The position numbers and the translations under genes are program-made. DNA of 64,000 nucleotides from an uncultured Desulfospira sp. (GTDB taxonomy: Bacteria > Desulfobacterota > Desulfobacteria > Desulfobacterales > Desulfobacteraceae), in assembly GCA_963663165.1 (NCBI GenBank), contig OY760175.1, forward strand, positions 768,001-832,000, given 5' to 3'. The notes below the pieces were generated by a model that saw only the letters and a program-made list of their open reading frames with translations, had not been told where the DNA came from and did no database searches. Positions 29,205-39,118 of this stretch are shown piece after piece (within the stretch, counting starts at the first letter, position 1; the number at the start of each line of letters is the position of its first letter).

Positions 29205-30065
29205 CATATCTGTTGGCCCCGGCGGACATTGCCCAAGGCAGTGATTAAGCTTTTTCCGGTCTCCCCAGAATGCCATTGGCTCATGATCGGGATAGGGATA
29301 GTGCCCGAGATTGAGTTGAATCTGCCAGTGGTTTGCTTTAATCCACCCCTCAACCAGTTTCCGGACAGAAACAGGCTGCCCAGAACAGATATTCACACGG
29401 CCCATGTCTTTGAATCCCAGCGCCAGGGAGACAATATATCCGGCCGCTTCTGTCACCGGCAGGTAATCGCGCAGCTGTTCTCCGCCGGACATATTAAATA
29501 TCTTTTCTTTTTGTTCAATGGCCCGGTACAGCTGGGGAAAAAGAGAATTTGAGGCCTGCCCGTCACCGTAAAGGTAAAAGAGCCTTCCCCATACCAGGGA
29601 AAAGGGCGTTTTGGTTTTCAAATACATCAACTGCTTATGCAAGGCATCTTTGGCAAACCCGTAAGGATTTTTGGGACAAGACGGCATGTTCTCGCTTAAC
29701 GGCCCTGACTGCATACCATACTCAAAACAGGTACCGGCAACAAACAGATGGCCAAGGCCTGAGGCGATTAAATTTTTTAAAAAATCATACTGCATGGGCA
29801 ATTGTTCTTCAAAGTGATGGAGGGATTTATAATGGGGCAGTCCGTCCCATGCCAGGTGGATCAGTGCATTTGGACGCCCTAACCGGTCAAAAAGATCAAT
29901 GCCGGAATCGGTTAAATCAAACCGGTGCGTTTTAATTTTCGGCAACCGGGGGACATTCGAAAGCGATTGCCTTGAAATACCTATAATATCAACAGGATAC
30001 CTTGAAAGTTCGGCAATCACATGCCTTCCTATAAAACCGGTTGCCCCGGTGACGGCAATTTTCAT
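29187..30065 (-). CDS. NAD-dependent epimerase/reductase (extended SDR)
   Basis: VTGATGFIG, GTCFEYG, YGFAK. Confidence 0.9.
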   Translation of the reverse strand: MKIAVTGATGFIGRHVIAELSRYPVDIIGISRQSLSNVPRLPKIKTHRFDLTDSGIDLFDRLGRPNALIHLAWDGLPHYKSLHHFEEQLPMQYDFLKNLIASGLGHLFVAGTCFEYGMQSGPLSENMPSCPKNPYGFAKDALHKQLMYLKTKTPFSLVWGRLFYLYGDGQASNSLFPQLYRAIEQKEKIFNMSGGEQLRDYLPVTEAAGYIVSLALGFKDMGRVNICSGQPVSVRKLVEGWIKANHWQIQLNLGHYPYPDHEPMAFWGDRKKLNHCLGQCPPGPTDMPDQPA

Positions 30066-31414
30066 AAGCTGGTGTAATCCTTTTTTCCGGCATTGGCCAT
30101 GGCATCACTCCATAAGGCCAGAACCGGATCATCCGGGAAAAAATACCGGTAATGGTGGACACTGCCCTTGGTGGCTGCCTGAAAGCTTGGAAGATTTCCC
30201 AGCAACGCAATTTTTTCAAGCCATCGGGCCTTTCCATCAGCTGTTCTGGTTCTGCTGTACGACCAGAACAAATCTGCGTATCCCCCAAGGGACTCAAGAA
30301 AAATATCCCTGGCCGTTATTTTGGAGAAGGACAGATGATGCGGCCATTTTTTAACGGCCTTGCCGCTTTTTAAAAGCGTTTCAAAAACCTTTCCCCAATC
30401 CTGGTTCAGCTTATCCAGCGTAAATGTGCGTTTGGCGTATTGCTGTGCTTTTTGGGACAACTCAATTCTTAATTGAGGGTCATGGTACAGTTTTTCAATG
30501 GCCTTTACATACCCGGGTTCATCCTGGGCAATAAGCCCTGTCTTATGGTTTTGGACGATATAGGCTTCCATCGGGTTTTGCAGGACAACGGGCACCACAC
30601 CGGCTGCCATACTCTCGGCCAGTACCTGGTCGCAGGTCCCATAGTGGTAAGGGGCAAGGGGATAGCCCAGCACATCAAACTTTGACAGATACGGGACAAT
30701 ATCATCCACATGGCCGGTAAAGGTCATCTTTTGATTTAATTTTTTTTCCGATGCCGCCTGGCTGATCTGCCCGTGGCTTGGTCCGCCGCAGACAAAAAAA
30801 TGAACATCCGGAATGTCAATTCTGGCGCAAAGGTCTAAAAAACCAGGGTGCAGTTTGCAATAATCCACCGTGCCGATATATCCCACATTAAACCGGTCAT
30901 GGGGAACCGGGGATACCGCCGCAACATGGCCGACCCCGGCCGTGGACCAGACCGATGTGATCCGGTCCGGGTCTTTAACATCAATATTCAAGAATGACTC
31001 AGCCTTGTAACTGACCGGTGTGGTGAACACAAATATATCCGGGTAATTTAATATTTTTTCAGTAAATACATTAGGGGGATGAAAACCGGATATATGGCTC
31101 CAGAAGGCCAGGCGGCAGGGCGGCAGATCATTTCGCACCAGAAAATCAAACAGCAGCGGGTGATTCCACCAATGGACAAGGACAATGTCCGCATCGGCCA
31201 CCATGGATTTGAGCCCGGGAATATCCCAGGCCATCTTTTCCTTTAAAACAAACGAATACGCGGCCGCCTCATTTTTTGCCTGGCCATTGGCATAATCCAG
31301 GCACGCGGTTTCATGGAAAAACGAGGAATCTTTCTTTACAAATTTCAGGTAGTTGAGCAAAACCCGGCCCACGCCGCCGCCCAGATGGGGGGTGATATGC
31401 AGTATCCGGATCAT
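30062..31414 (-). CDS. Glycosyltransferase, GT-B/GT4-like
   Basis: ILHITPHLGGGV, ESMAAGVVPV, TGLI motifs. Confidence 0.82.
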   Translation of the reverse strand: MIRILHITPHLGGGVGRVLLNYLKFVKKDSSFFHETACLDYANGQAKNEAAAYSFVLKEKMAWDIPGLKSMVADADIVLVHWWNHPLLFDFLVRNDLPPCRLAFWSHISGFHPPNVFTEKILNYPDIFVFTTPVSYKAESFLNIDVKDPDRITSVWSTAGVGHVAAVSPVPHDRFNVGYIGTVDYCKLHPGFLDLCARIDIPDVHFFVCGGPSHGQISQAASEKKLNQKMTFTGHVDDIVPYLSKFDVLGYPLAPYHYGTCDQVLAESMAAGVVPVVLQNPMEAYIVQNHKTGLIAQDEPGYVKAIEKLYHDPQLRIELSQKAQQYAKRTFTLDKLNQDWGKVFETLLKSGKAVKKWPHHLSFSKITARDIFLESLGGYADLFWSYSRTRTADGKARWLEKIALLGNLPSFQAATKGSVHHYRYFFPDDPVLALWSDAMANAGKKDYTSL

Positions 31415-32616
31415 GATGCCGGACCTGAAAAGGAACTTTCCCCGGATTTTTGGTAAATAATCTCTTTTGCCATCTGACCCTCAAACTGCCCTTCCTTTAC
31501 CCGTTCCATTTTAGCAAGGCAATAGGCTTTACCAAGATGAAGCCCCTCATGATTTGTAACAAATGCACTGGTGCGCTGGAACCGGTTATACAAAATCTGG
31601 GCGTATTCCTTATCCAGAAGGTGCTGCACATTTTTATCCGGATGGGGCGCAGGGCTTCCGTTCCATGTTTCCATAAAGCGGCCCTCTCTGGCCAGGGATA
31701 CTGCCCGGTCGATCTCAAAAGTCAAATTTTTCCCATATCGCCTGGCATATTCGCTGTAGGTGGCCTTAATTAAACGGACAATGCTCTCTTGGGGCAAACC
31801 AGACTCTAGCAGATCCAGGATATGCTGCTGGATACTTTCACTAACCGGCATGGAAACCCCGCTGAGCATATAATTGGCGGAGCATCTTCTTTCCCTGTTG
31901 GCCAACAGTTCCTGCCAGCTTTCCGCCCGGCTGCCCCGCCGCCGGATAAACAATACTTCAGGGATTTGGATAATTTTCCCGCGAAAGACAATATTGGCCA
32001 GAAACAGATTGTCCGTCAAAATGGTTAAATGGGGTTTATTGCCGTACGGAGGGATTTGAAAAAACAGCTCTTTTCTAAACAGCCCATATATGGGGTTTCC
32101 CAGGTCAAGATTTCTGATAAGGCTGATGTAACGGTCTTCCGGGTTGTCCTGGTCAAGCCGGTAGGAATCAAAGTACAGGCTTTTGCTGTTATTATCCGGG
32201 TTGAACAGCTCAACATGGGGATAGGCCACCGCGGCATCAGGGTGGGATTCCAGAGCATTGAGGCAGCGTTCAATCATTTGGGGCTTGCGTGAATCGTCTG
32301 CGGCTGCCAGCAAAAAATATTTTCCCCGGGAAAGCAGTACGCACAAACGAAAATTTTCCCCCAGAATATTGTTGGAATTTCGCTGATACCGGACCCTTGG
32401 GTCCCTGTCGGCCGCTGCCTGGCAGATTCTACCGGTCCCATCGGTAGAGGCATTGTCACAGATGATCAGTTCAAAATCCGTGAAAGTTTGAGACAAGACC
32501 GTATCAATGGCTTCGCCAACGGTATCTTCCATATTGTAAACCGGCATTCCGACACTGACCAGCGGCGCGGCCCCATTAATGGAACCACTCATGGAACCAC
32601 TTATGGAACCACTCAT
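31411..32616 (-). CDS. Glycosyltransferase family 2
   Basis: VSVGMPVYN, IICDNASTDGT, AADD. Confidence 0.88.
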   Translation of the reverse strand: MSGSISGSMSGSINGAAPLVSVGMPVYNMEDTVGEAIDTVLSQTFTDFELIICDNASTDGTGRICQAAADRDPRVRYQRNSNNILGENFRLCVLLSRGKYFLLAAADDSRKPQMIERCLNALESHPDAAVAYPHVELFNPDNNSKSLYFDSYRLDQDNPEDRYISLIRNLDLGNPIYGLFRKELFFQIPPYGNKPHLTILTDNLFLANIVFRGKIIQIPEVLFIRRRGSRAESWQELLANRERRCSANYMLSGVSMPVSESIQQHILDLLESGLPQESIVRLIKATYSEYARRYGKNLTFEIDRAVSLAREGRFMETWNGSPAPHPDKNVQHLLDKEYAQILYNRFQRTSAFVTNHEGLHLGKAYCLAKMERVKEGQFEGQMAKEIIYQKSGESSFSGPAS

Positions 32617-32631
32617 GAATTCAACTCCTTT

Positions 32632-35600
32632 TTAGAATATATTTTCATAGCCAAAGATTTGCGCGGTTTCCCCGCAGATTTCCCAAAGCCGTTGTTTCAT
32701 CTGCCCGGTCCAGTCGTTGGGAACGGCAAAACTGCCGGTCTGCTGGGCATTTAATTTTTTCTTTAGCACTTCATCCACCTGTTGGGCAGCAATTTCTTTT
32801 AATCCTAAAAATTCGGATAATGCAAATAGAACCTGAGGTTTTTCAACCATGTCTTCAAACGTTAGGAGAAACACGTTTTCCTGTCCCAGGACGGGAAGCT
32901 GCATTAAAATAAAGGTATAGGTTTTGTTCCACAGCCAGCAGACCTTTTCAAACTGGCTTAGGCTGTTCCAATCAGATAACGCCATTTCATCTTCCATGGG
33001 CCTTAACCGCCCCGTGTCCCAGGGATGGCCGTTATAATAATTTCGCCTCATCCCGGACCGGACAAAATCCCAGGGGTTGCGGATCAAAACGACAAATTTG
33101 GCATCCGGTATATCTTTGGCAATGATATCGCAAAAAGGCGTCATGTTGTGGTCTGTCTCGCCGTGAATCAGGCCGTTAGACCATGTGTTGTACATGAACT
33201 GTCCCCTGCCCCGCCAGAAGACATCCCTTCGTAGATCCTGGTTATCTCTTTGGCAATACGCCTCAAAAGTTTCATTGACCAGAAAAGGCAAGGGGTGGTG
33301 CCATACCCTGGCATTGGACGCCATGTCAAGCAGATGGGACAGGGTCTGGGTGCCGCACCGGCCCCCGGACAGGGTAAAAAAGGCGTTGCCGTACGGTTTG
33401 GCTGTTTCATGATACTTGCCGTAAACCGCCTGGGGCGAAGGCCCTTCTATGGCGGTGATACAATTTTGGACAGCGGACAGCACCCTGGATTCAGTTCCCT
33501 TTTCCAATAGATGGGGCATCATATAGTAGTACGGCGAAACCGCAGACTCGTACCCCCCCTCTTCAATGATGCGGTCATCGGGCAGATAACAATACAACCC
33601 GTTGGTATAGCCAAGGATAAACGTCTGGTCAGGGGAGCGGGTCAGGGCTTTCAGCTTCATCCCAAGTTGTGTTACCGGTTCTGCCGGAAAAGTAACCCAT
33701 GTAACGGTATTGCCAAGGGTTATCACCTGAACCTCAAGGGCAAGGGCGTTGGGATACTGTCCTGAAGGATAGGTGGCCGTAAGCCTTGTGGCCCATTCCC
33801 TTACAATAAAATCCGAATCCGGGTTGTTTTTCAAAGATTCTATGGTTGCTGCCGGCGGGATCGGCTTTAACGGCAGGAGCATTTTCTCTTTGGTGCAGCA
33901 AAGTCCCGATTGGGTTAATAAGGACAGCTGGTCATGCTCAAGAAACGGCAGGACCTGCTGTGCGGCTTTCTGGCCGTTTTTTTCGGCATCGGCCACTGAG
34001 GAGCAAAATACAGGCCGGTTCTCCTGTGCGGCATCCAAGGCACCGGCTTTAATATCGCCGGCCGCGCCTTGAAGGTACATCACATGGGCCACTTTCCCGG
34101 TCTGGATCAACGCCTGTCTTAAATATCCGGGAAAATCGGCAAAAATAACACTGGCATTGCCAATGCTGGTGGGATGACAGCCATGGTTGAGCAACAGTAT
34201 CCGCCTTTGGCTGTTAAGCCCTTCAACTAAAAGAAACGGCGCACTGGTGTCATACTCGCCCTTTTCATTGGGTTGGAACTTAACCTGCCCGTCCTGTTTG
34301 AGCCTGCGGTTAATACCGATATCCACCCCGCTGGCCTTTCCCGAGTAAATTTGGGATGGTTCAAGGGCATCATACATCGGCCCAAGGGACTGGGTGATCA
34401 GCTGCATAACGTCCCGGGCATAATTCTGATGAAACGGCCCAAGGGTCTGGGACGCATTGGATACAGTCCCGGGTGCATAATGGGTATGGGATGCATTTAG
34501 AATAATGGCTTCAGGGGGAATGGCCCAGTCTGCGGCAGCCTTTACGACCCCGTCAACCATTGGTTTGCCGAACCCGAACAGGTCTGCGCTCACAATCAGG
34601 AGCTTGGCGCCCTTATCATCTTCAATGAGCAGCATCTGCATTTTAAGGGGGGTGGCCACCTGGACGGCGTTGCGCACTCCCCCGGCCATTCCCTGGAGTG
34701 CCACCGGCTGCGCCTCACTGGCCTTGGGAGTGATATCCACTTCTTTAAAAGCCGTCTTATATAAAGGTGTGGTCTTTTCCTTGCCTGCACAATGATCTAT
34801 TTGGGGATCCGGGGTGCAGGATTCCTTTCCTGATGCCGAATATGGCAATGATTCTCGTTCAAGGGCGCCGGCCATATCCCTGCACAAGGTTGAAACCATC
34901 TGCCCTTTCCTGTTTTGGACCAATTTTTCACCAATGAGGCGATAACCCTTGGCCAGGTCGGCATTGGTATCCAGAGCCGTAATCTGCCCTTGGAGCTCGC
35001 GTTCAAAAAGAACCAGGGTTAAATCCAGAAAGAATTTCCAAAGGTTTTTGCCCAACATAAAGTTGGCCAGAATAACCGCGTCCTGAGTTGGGATGGCCTG
35101 ATAACTGTCCATGGTATCCAGATAACGCCCGGCCACACCTTCGAACATCGCTTCAGATGTTTCATCGCCATCGGTTTGGTGAATTTCCTGATCCTTTAAA
35201 TAAAAGAGGAGAAAAGACAACACCAGTTTATGGTTGCCGGGATGAATTTTTTCAAGATGATTCAGCAAAAAGGACGCCACCGGTTCAAGGGATTCAAAAG
35301 CTTCTTTCTGTTCAAGGGCCTTGAACAGCTCTCTTTGAAAGCCCGGCTTGTCCAGCATCCGGTCTTTACAATCTTCCCACACCGCTGAAAACCGCTCAAA
35401 TGATTCAGTGGATACCAGACCGGCCATGAGCCAGAAATAAACCGTGGTTTCAGCACTTTTAGACGTGGTGAAGACAAACCTTGTGCCGGCCCGGGCCGCA
35501 TCGTTCCTGAATTCATCCACCACCCTGAAATAATTTTGCCCGCCTTCAACGCAAAGGTCCAGCCGGCCAGAAAAATATCCCACTGCGGCAAGTTCATAGT

Positions 35601-36444
35601 AAAGATCCACTTCATCCGGGAGGACTTCAAGCCCTTTGCGGACAGCGGCCACAGCCTGGTCATACTGGCTTAATTTTAGATGGGCGCTGGCCATGCCGTA
35701 GTAAAGAGAATAGTAAAAAGAGGCCTCAATCGGTTGAAGGCCCTTTTGTTCTATGAGTTCAAGGCAGCGAGCGGCATATTGGATGGCCTTTTCCTTCTCG
35801 TCCATTTCCGAGTGGACCTGGAACAGGTAAAAATAGGCATCAAAATCATTGGGGTCCTGTTCGATTCGCTTAAAGAGCAGGCCGCTGGTCCGCCTGTATT
35901 TGGCCTGCATCTGTTCATCAGACAGGGCATACCCGTAATGAAACAGCTCAAGCTTCAGGTGCCCGGCCTTGCCAGAATACGACAGCCGATTGTGAACAAT
36001 CCCGACATATTTGATCCCCACGCGATTTCTAAATATCCGGATGGATTCCGTTGCCGACGTAATGCCCCCCTTCCGGTTCTTATCCAGCACTTTGATCAGA
36101 TAACAGTTTAAATCTTTAGGGGCCTTGGCCAGCAAGGCTTTAAACTCATTTTTTTTAAGCTGGTATGCGTTGAGTTCTTCATCGGCGTCAATTAGAAGAA
36201 TCCAGTCGCCGGTGGCATATGAAAGGGATTGGTTCCGGTGTTTGCTGAAATTATTTTCCCAGGGGTGGTGGTAAATCTTTGCGCCAAAGGATTGCGCGAT
36301 TTCAACGGTCTTATCGGTAGATCCGGTATCCACAATGATGAGTTCGTCAATGAGGTGTTTGATGCTGTTCAGGCATCTTGGCAGCATCTCTTCTTCGTTT
36401 TTGACCATCATGCAAGCTGAAATTTTAATGCCGTTTTTTTTCAT
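32632..36444 (-). CDS. Fusion protein: GT2 + TPR + ceramidase-like amidohydrolase + sulfotransferase
   Basis: MMVKNEE..DTGSTD..IDADE; TPR-like helices; VDITP..SADL..ASHTHYAP..CHPT..QGAAGD; GRCGT..IRNP. Confidence 0.78.
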   Translation of the reverse strand: MKKNGIKISACMMVKNEEEMLPRCLNSIKHLIDELIIVDTGSTDKTVEIAQSFGAKIYHHPWENNFSKHRNQSLSYATGDWILLIDADEELNAYQLKKNEFKALLAKAPKDLNCYLIKVLDKNRKGGITSATESIRIFRNRVGIKYVGIVHNRLSYSGKAGHLKLELFHYGYALSDEQMQAKYRRTSGLLFKRIEQDPNDFDAYFYLFQVHSEMDEKEKAIQYAARCLELIEQKGLQPIEASFYYSLYYGMASAHLKLSQYDQAVAAVRKGLEVLPDEVDLYYELAAVGYFSGRLDLCVEGGQNYFRVVDEFRNDAARAGTRFVFTTSKSAETTVYFWLMAGLVSTESFERFSAVWEDCKDRMLDKPGFQRELFKALEQKEAFESLEPVASFLLNHLEKIHPGNHKLVLSFLLFYLKDQEIHQTDGDETSEAMFEGVAGRYLDTMDSYQAIPTQDAVILANFMLGKNLWKFFLDLTLVLFERELQGQITALDTNADLAKGYRLIGEKLVQNRKGQMVSTLCRDMAGALERESLPYSASGKESCTPDPQIDHCAGKEKTTPLYKTAFKEVDITPKASEAQPVALQGMAGGVRNAVQVATPLKMQMLLIEDDKGAKLLIVSADLFGFGKPMVDGVVKAAADWAIPPEAIILNASHTHYAPGTVSNASQTLGPFHQNYARDVMQLITQSLGPMYDALEPSQIYSGKASGVDIGINRRLKQDGQVKFQPNEKGEYDTSAPFLLVEGLNSQRRILLLNHGCHPTSIGNASVIFADFPGYLRQALIQTGKVAHVMYLQGAAGDIKAGALDAAQENRPVFCSSVADAEKNGQKAAQQVLPFLEHDQLSLLTQSGLCCTKEKMLLPLKPIPPAATIESLKNNPDSDFIVREWATRLTATYPSGQYPNALALEVQVITLGNTVTWVTFPAEPVTQLGMKLKALTRSPDQTFILGYTNGLYCYLPDDRIIEEGGYESAVSPYYYMMPHLLEKGTESRVLSAVQNCITAIEGPSPQAVYGKYHETAKPYGNAFFTLSGGRCGTQTLSHLLDMASNARVWHHPLPFLVNETFEAYCQRDNQDLRRDVFWRGRGQFMYNTWSNGLIHGETDHNMTPFCDIIAKDIPDAKFVVLIRNPWDFVRSGMRRNYYNGHPWDTGRLRPMEDEMALSDWNSLSQFEKVCWLWNKTYTFILMQLPVLGQENVFLLTFEDMVEKPQVLFALSEFLGLKEIAAQQVDEVLKKKLNAQQTGSFAVPNDWTGQMKQRLWEICGETAQIFGYENIF

Positions 36445-36634
36445 AATTATCTCAATTTCTATTCGAGACCAGAGGTCTCAAGCCCCTTTTTTAGATTGAA
36501 TATATTTTTGAAACGATACCGTTAATAGCCGGTTGTTCTTAAAGAAAATGGCCTCGTGCCGGATCAATTGTTAATGCCAGTACTGGTTAAAGATACTGCC
36601 AGAGCTTAACATAAAAATCAAGTATTTCTGGGGT

Positions 36635-36739
36635 GGGGCGGGCCACGATAACCGATTGACATTAAAGAATAATGGCGTAAAATAAAGGTTAAAAACACGC
36701 TTAATCGACTGTTTTTATGCCCAAAACACTCATTTAAGG
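36635..36739 (+). repeat. RAYT-flanking site A (~105 bp)
   Basis: gggccacg...taaaaacacgcttaatcgac...ttaag; aligns with reverse complement of 39004-39118. Confidence 0.7.
36656..36683 (+). promoter_or_regulatory. Putative sigma70 promoter for the RAYT gene, inside site A
   Basis: TTGACA-N16-TAAAAT about 65 bp before ATG 36748. Confidence 0.5.
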
Positions 36740-36857
36740 ACCTTTCAATGGCCCGAGCAAAAAGGCATTTCATCCCTGGTCATATCTGGCATATAACCCA
36801 TCGCTGCCATAAACGGGCCTTTCTTTTCAAATTTGCAAAGGACCGCGACCGGTTTAT

Positions 36858-37443
36858 TGTTTCTGTAAAAGGTTAAAACCCCCGCCTTTAGGCGGGTAGC
36901 ATTTTGCCAGTAGTTGTTTTATAGTGCTTTACATGAGCTATCGGCAAAACAGTCATACGAAGTTCAAAATAGAGTATCACTTTGTTTGGGTAACCAAATA
37001 CCGATATCACGTATTGCAGGGGGATGTTGCATTGCGAGTCAGAGAACTCGTACGCCAAACTTGTGAAAGGTTCGAAATCCACATTTTGCGTGGAGTTGTA
37101 AGCAAAGATCACGTTCACATCCTGGTTTCGGCACCACCGAACATTTCTCCTTCGGATATAATGCGTCGGATCAAAGGCCGAGTGTCTCGAAAAGTGTTTG
37201 AGGAATTTCCTCATTTGAAGAAACGGTATTGGGGCAAGCATTTTTGGGCCCGTGGGTATTTTTGTGTGACCGTTGGGGAGTTGACAAAGGAAATGATTCA
37301 GGAATATCTCGAACATCATTTTGAAAAAGACCCTAATGACCATTTTGATGTAGAGTGACGCATTTCAACCGGCTATTGCCGGTATCGCTGGACTTTCAGT
37401 CCGCGCTCTTAAACCCACCGGCTTTAAGCCGGTGGTTGTTTAG
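36858..37443 (+). mobile_element. IS200-family insertion sequence, 586 bp, tnpA only
   Basis: Subterminal hairpins cccgcc-ttta-ggcggg and ccaccggctt-t-aagccggtgg; no TIR or TSD; removal restores the host frame. Confidence 0.88.
36933..37358 (+). CDS. tnpA: IS200/IS605 family transposase TnpA
   Basis: YHFVWVTKYR, DHVH (HUH), IKG, FWARGYF, IQEY. Confidence 0.93.
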   Translation: MSYRQNSHTKFKIEYHFVWVTKYRYHVLQGDVALRVRELVRQTCERFEIHILRGVVSKDHVHILVSAPPNISPSDIMRRIKGRVSRKVFEEFPHLKKRYWGKHFWARGYFCVTVGELTKEMIQEYLEHHFEKDPNDHFDVE

Positions 37444-38111
37444 TGAATGGCTGTATCAGGCCAAAAAACGTTACAACCGGTTAAGCGTGTTGGATTACAT
37501 GGTTACCTCCAACCACATTCATCTGCTTGTCTCAGATGCCGGCGGCCAAAATGTAATCCCGGATTCTATCAAACTGATGGCCGGAAGAACCGGACAGGAA
37601 TACAATATAAGAAAGCGCCGGCAAGGGGCATTCTGGCAGGACCGGTATCATGCCACTGCTGTGGAAAGCACCCGCCATTTACGCCGGTGCATCACTTATA
37701 TCGATTTAAACATGGTCCGCGCCGGTGCCGTTGATCATCCTGGAAACTGGAAATGGTGCGGATACAACGAAATACAGAATCCCAGGACCAGAAAGTCAAT
37801 TATCGATTTTAAGCGTCTCATGGGGTTGCTGGGATTTGACACCTATGAACAATTAAAAGACGCTCATACTGAATGGATCGATAAAGCCATCCGGGAAAAG
37901 AGAAACGATAGAGAGCCAGAATGGTCACAGGCCATTGCCGTTGGCAGTGAAGACTATATTAAAAAGGTTAAAAAAGCGCTTGGGTTTAAAGCCAAAGGGC
38001 GAAAAATCCGCGAGTCCGGCGAGGCTTTTGAAATTAGGCAGGAGATAGCTCCATATGAAGTCCCGGACAAAGATCAACCAGGCAATCACATTTTATGGGA
38101 TACCTGAAGGG

Positions 38112-38146
38112 CAGGCTTAATCGGCCCTTTTTCAATGGCCCGATCC
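38112..38146 (-). repeat. RAYT-flanking site B (internally deleted version of site C)
   Basis: caggcttaatcggccctttttcaat joined to ggcccgatcc, a few bp after the RAYT stop. Confidence 0.55.
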
Positions 38147-38181
38147 TGACCCGAGAAAGAAATAAGGCACCGGCTGGATGC

Positions 38182-38529
38182 TCAGGGCAAATCCGTGACC
38201 AGTTTCAATCCAAGGCAAACCTGGTCAAACCTTTCCTTTGACAGGGTGCCGATTTTTTCTTTTAGGCTGAGTTTATCGACTGTTTTTATCTGGGTCATGT
38301 TAATCACAGAAGGTTTTGGTAGATTTGCTTCGCCTTTATGAAGACGGACGTTCCCTGGTAAGTCACCGAATTTCAAGGTAGAGGTAATGGCAATAACGAT
38401 AACCGTATTCAATTTACTGTCATTGAGTAAATCATTCTGAACAACAAGACCGGGGCGTCTTCCCATAGGTTCTGATCCTTTTGCCGGAGAAAAATCCACC
38501 CAGTATACGGACCCTTTCCGGATTACCAT
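38182..38529 (-). CDS. MazF/PemK family toxin
   Basis: G.VYWVDF.P..GSE....RP.LVVQND, AITS, QIKTVDK. Confidence 0.9.
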   Translation of the reverse strand: MVIRKGSVYWVDFSPAKGSEPMGRRPGLVVQNDLLNDSKLNTVIVIAITSTLKFGDLPGNVRLHKGEANLPKPSVINMTQIKTVDKLSLKEKIGTLSKERFDQVCLGLKLVTDLP

Positions 38530-38777
38530 TCCTGGCCTTCCTCAGTGCTGCCACTCTCAAACCACCGGGTAAAATTGATCTGTTATTTTTGAATGGTCTT
38601 GTCTGAAAAGACGTGGTCATATGCATCCCGGATCTGTTGTTCTTTTTCAAATTTTATTTTTTCCCTAAGGACCAGAGAGATAAATTTACTTCTGGAAAGT
38701 CCTTTCCGGGAGCTGATCTCGTTGATCATGTCCACGAGGTCTTTAGGCATAGTAATGGCTATTTTCTGGGTATTCAT
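38523..38777 (-). pseudogene. RHH/CopG-type antitoxin with in-frame TAA at codon 65
   Basis: KIAITMP..SRSKFI; TAA at 38583-38585, then frame continues QINFTRWFESGSTEEGQEW* overlapping toxin ATG. Confidence 0.7.
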
Positions 38778-39003
38778 TTATTTTATCCTCTATTGGTATG
38801 ATGATAACAGAATACTTATTAATCCGAACTGCGTCAACGTGAAATTTAGGTGTGGTCTTGCTTGCGAAGTTGTGGGGGGGGGGATTGATAAGGATTGATG
38901 AATAGTTTGAGGGGCAGGCTGGAAATCGCCGATTAAATAACAGTTCAGGGATATTTCTGTGCAAGAGGTAAAAAGCAACCCTCTACTGTTTTTCACCTAA
39001 GGC

Positions 39004-39118
39004 CAGGCTTAATCGAGCCTTTTCAATAGCAAAAAGGGTCGATTAAGCGCTTTTTAGCCCTCAAATTCGACCCTTTTTTCTAAAATTTCAGTATGTTGCC
39101 GTGGCCCGACCCCGGATC
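39004..39118 (-). repeat. RAYT-flanking site C
   Basis: Hairpin gcttaatcga..tcgattaagc and terminal cgtggcccgacccc; inverted homolog of site A. Confidence 0.7.

Larger units (their letters stand above)
36748..38107 (+). pseudogene. REP-associated tyrosine (Y1 HUH) transposase interrupted by an IS200-like element
   Basis: 36748-36857 (MARAKRHFIPGHIWHITHRCH..DRDRF) joins 37444-38107 (EWLYQ..MVTSNHIHLL..FWQDRY..YIDLNMVRAG) in frame: 774 nt, 257 aa. Confidence 0.85.

Noticed and set aside
36888..37343. 151-aa minus-strand ORF
   Set aside because: Antisense shadow of tnpA.
37355..37443. N-terminus of the 250-aa ORF as a real start or a tnpB gene
   Set aside because: It is the IS right end read in frame with the RAYT 3' part; no RuvC or Zn-finger motifs.
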